Below are positions 62,031 through 64,000 of a stretch of DNA of 64,000 nt, in pieces; position 1 is the first letter of the stretch, and the number at the start of each line of letters is the position of its first letter. The position numbers were made by a program, and so were the translations under genes. The DNA is from Lama guanicoe (taxonomy: Eukaryota), in the NCBI GenBank assembly GCA_013239625.1, contig MU053758.1, forward strand, positions 3,101,854 to 3,165,853, given 5' to 3'. The notes beneath the pieces were generated by a model. That model worked only from the letters and a program-made list of their open reading frames with translations, had not been told where the DNA came from and did not search any database.

Positions 62031-64000
62031 CTACAAAAGAGTTAAATAGATTCATTACTCAGTTGCAGGAAGTTCACCAGCAAACTGAAAAGAGAGTCCC
62101 TTAAAAAAATTCTAATGCGCCTTTCTTCTACTCGTCCATGGATACAAGATTCTTATATTTTCTCCACTGAAAATAGCTATCACTGCAAATTCAGAAATGT
62201 TCACATCAAAAGGAAATAAAGAAAATGACTTTAAGTACATAATTTTTTTTAATATGTTACTTAGCAGTTTATTGCCACTGCTTTGACAACCTGGCTGTAA
62301 GAACAAATAAAATATTACACAGTAATCCATACATCAGAAATAAATGGTTATATATCAGATGTCCCACATTTAGGACACTATCTGGCATCCTTTTATTTAG
62401 CTTAATTTACCATTACACATACAGTCAACACTTGATTATCTCACCAGAAGCTGGACCCCTTCAGCACTTACCATACCTCACACTGCCTACAGGAAACTGT
62501 TTACTATCTGTACAATTTCAGGAACACACCCCTACATAAACAACAACCACCACCACAAGACCTGCTTCCTAGGTTCAAAAATGAAAAACCTTCTTATCAC
62601 CTTTATTCTGACTAGAGATTTTATTTTTGTTAGAGTTCTGTGCCCATAGCTAGTGGTTTTTTTTAAATAAAGGAGTTCAGGAAGTGTGATCTGAAGTCCT
62701 GACTTTTTCGCCCTTAGTCTGAATCACTGTAGGAGCAAACACATTTACCAGAAACAGAGAAGTGACAGAAACAGGGCCTGATGAAGTTATTTTTGAGGTC
62801 TTATGTCAAGGAACTCCATTTAATTTAAAAAATGCTGGTTTTGTGGGGAAGACATAGAGGGAAAGGAAAAGGAAAACAGAAAAAAGGAGGAGACTGAAAA
62901 GCAGTTTTTAAAAAGGTAAAGAAAAAAGTGGGCTAGAGAAAGAAAAAAAAAGAAAGGAAGAGAAAGATGAGAAGCTGGTTCTTTCTGTGGGTTAACTCGA
63001 GCCACCAGACAGCTTTAGTGAGCACCCCAAACATCTCCTCCACCAGGAGTGCCTACTCCTGAACTTCATCTCACCTCTACACACATGGCTGCACGTGATC
63101 AAGGACCTCAAATCAAATCACGGCTGAATCATATTTGCTTTCCCCAGATTTCTGGGAGACTCCTGATAACTGATTCTCCTTGCCAGGCTGGGGGAAGAAG
63201 TGCTGGCTTCACTCTAATTATTCAAAGACAGGAATCAGCAAACCCTTATAAGAAAACTAACTTTGTTCCCTTGCCCTTATGTTGCTGTTGTGATAAAACC
63301 GGAGGGAAGCTCCTCTATTCTGGGCTGAGACCTTAACCGTAACCTAATTTTCCATCCAAGGGCTCAGGGAATAGCATGTCTGTGTCCATTTCACTGCTTT
63401 CAAACAACAATGCTGCCTCTTCCTATAAGGGTGGTCTTCCTCTACCTCTATGTATTTGTCAATAACTGTTTCTTCTTTCTTATGTGAAAATATTTCACCT
63501 TTGAAGCAGTATTTCCTCTGTCTACTCCTCCCATATATTCTTACCACACCCCATGCTGATGCCTATGTAGACAGATCCTGTTTTCAGCCAGCAGTGGGCA
63601 ATGGGGTGAGGTGAGCCGCGGAGGATGGAAACTAAACAGTGGTGGTAGGAAGAGCCAGAAAGAGAAGATCTGTCTCAGTTCTTCGAGGGGAGGTGGAAGA
63701 GGATTTCTGCAAGCTAACCTTATGTCTTACGGATTCAGAACAAGAAACAGAAAAGTCTGATTCTTCATCCATAAAGTTATTAGAAAGTATTTCCAACTTA
63801 TATCCAACACAAACCACCAGAATTTCATGAAGTGAGTTACAAATAAAGTTGGAATTATGCCAGTAACCAAAAGGGATACCAATGTTAACAATTTTTTTAA
63901 AAGAGAGGTAGAGAATTCTAAAATGTCTATGCTTTAATATGTTAAATTAAAACAGTTTAAAAACATATTATAGTAGTATTTGATCTTTGATATTTTTCAA

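Overview
Mammalian genomic DNA, most likely from a camelid (alpaca/llama/camel), judged from tRNA-derived SINEs and young L1 3' ends that match camelid-type elements as I recall them. The window holds two minus-strand protein-coding genes in the conserved mammalian order. CCR7 is complete: three coding exons of 10+50+1080 nt (13608-13599, 7659-7610, 4569-3490), giving 379 aa with all introns GT-AG. SMARCE1/BAF57 is present as its last seven coding exons (62030 to 53883; exons 5-11 in human numbering, sizes 81/132/172/173/102/211/209 nt); its 5' exons lie beyond the right edge. About 39 kb of non-coding DNA separates the genes. It carries L1, SINE, MIR, LTR and DNA-transposon relics, plus unique segments with NF-kB, ETS, RUNX, FOX, KLF and CTCF-like motifs, consistent with a CCR7 enhancer landscape. 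Almost all other ORFs in the supplied track look spurious. I found no convincing wholly new biological system. The best leads are candidate alternative first exons in CCR7 intron 1 with apparently altered splice donors, a candidate poison-exon cluster upstream of SMARCE1 exon 5, a short captured mRNA-like 3' end inside an L1, an inverted pair of kB sites, and nested transposon structures. Repeat family names come from recalled consensus sequences and need RepeatMasker/Dfam confirmation.
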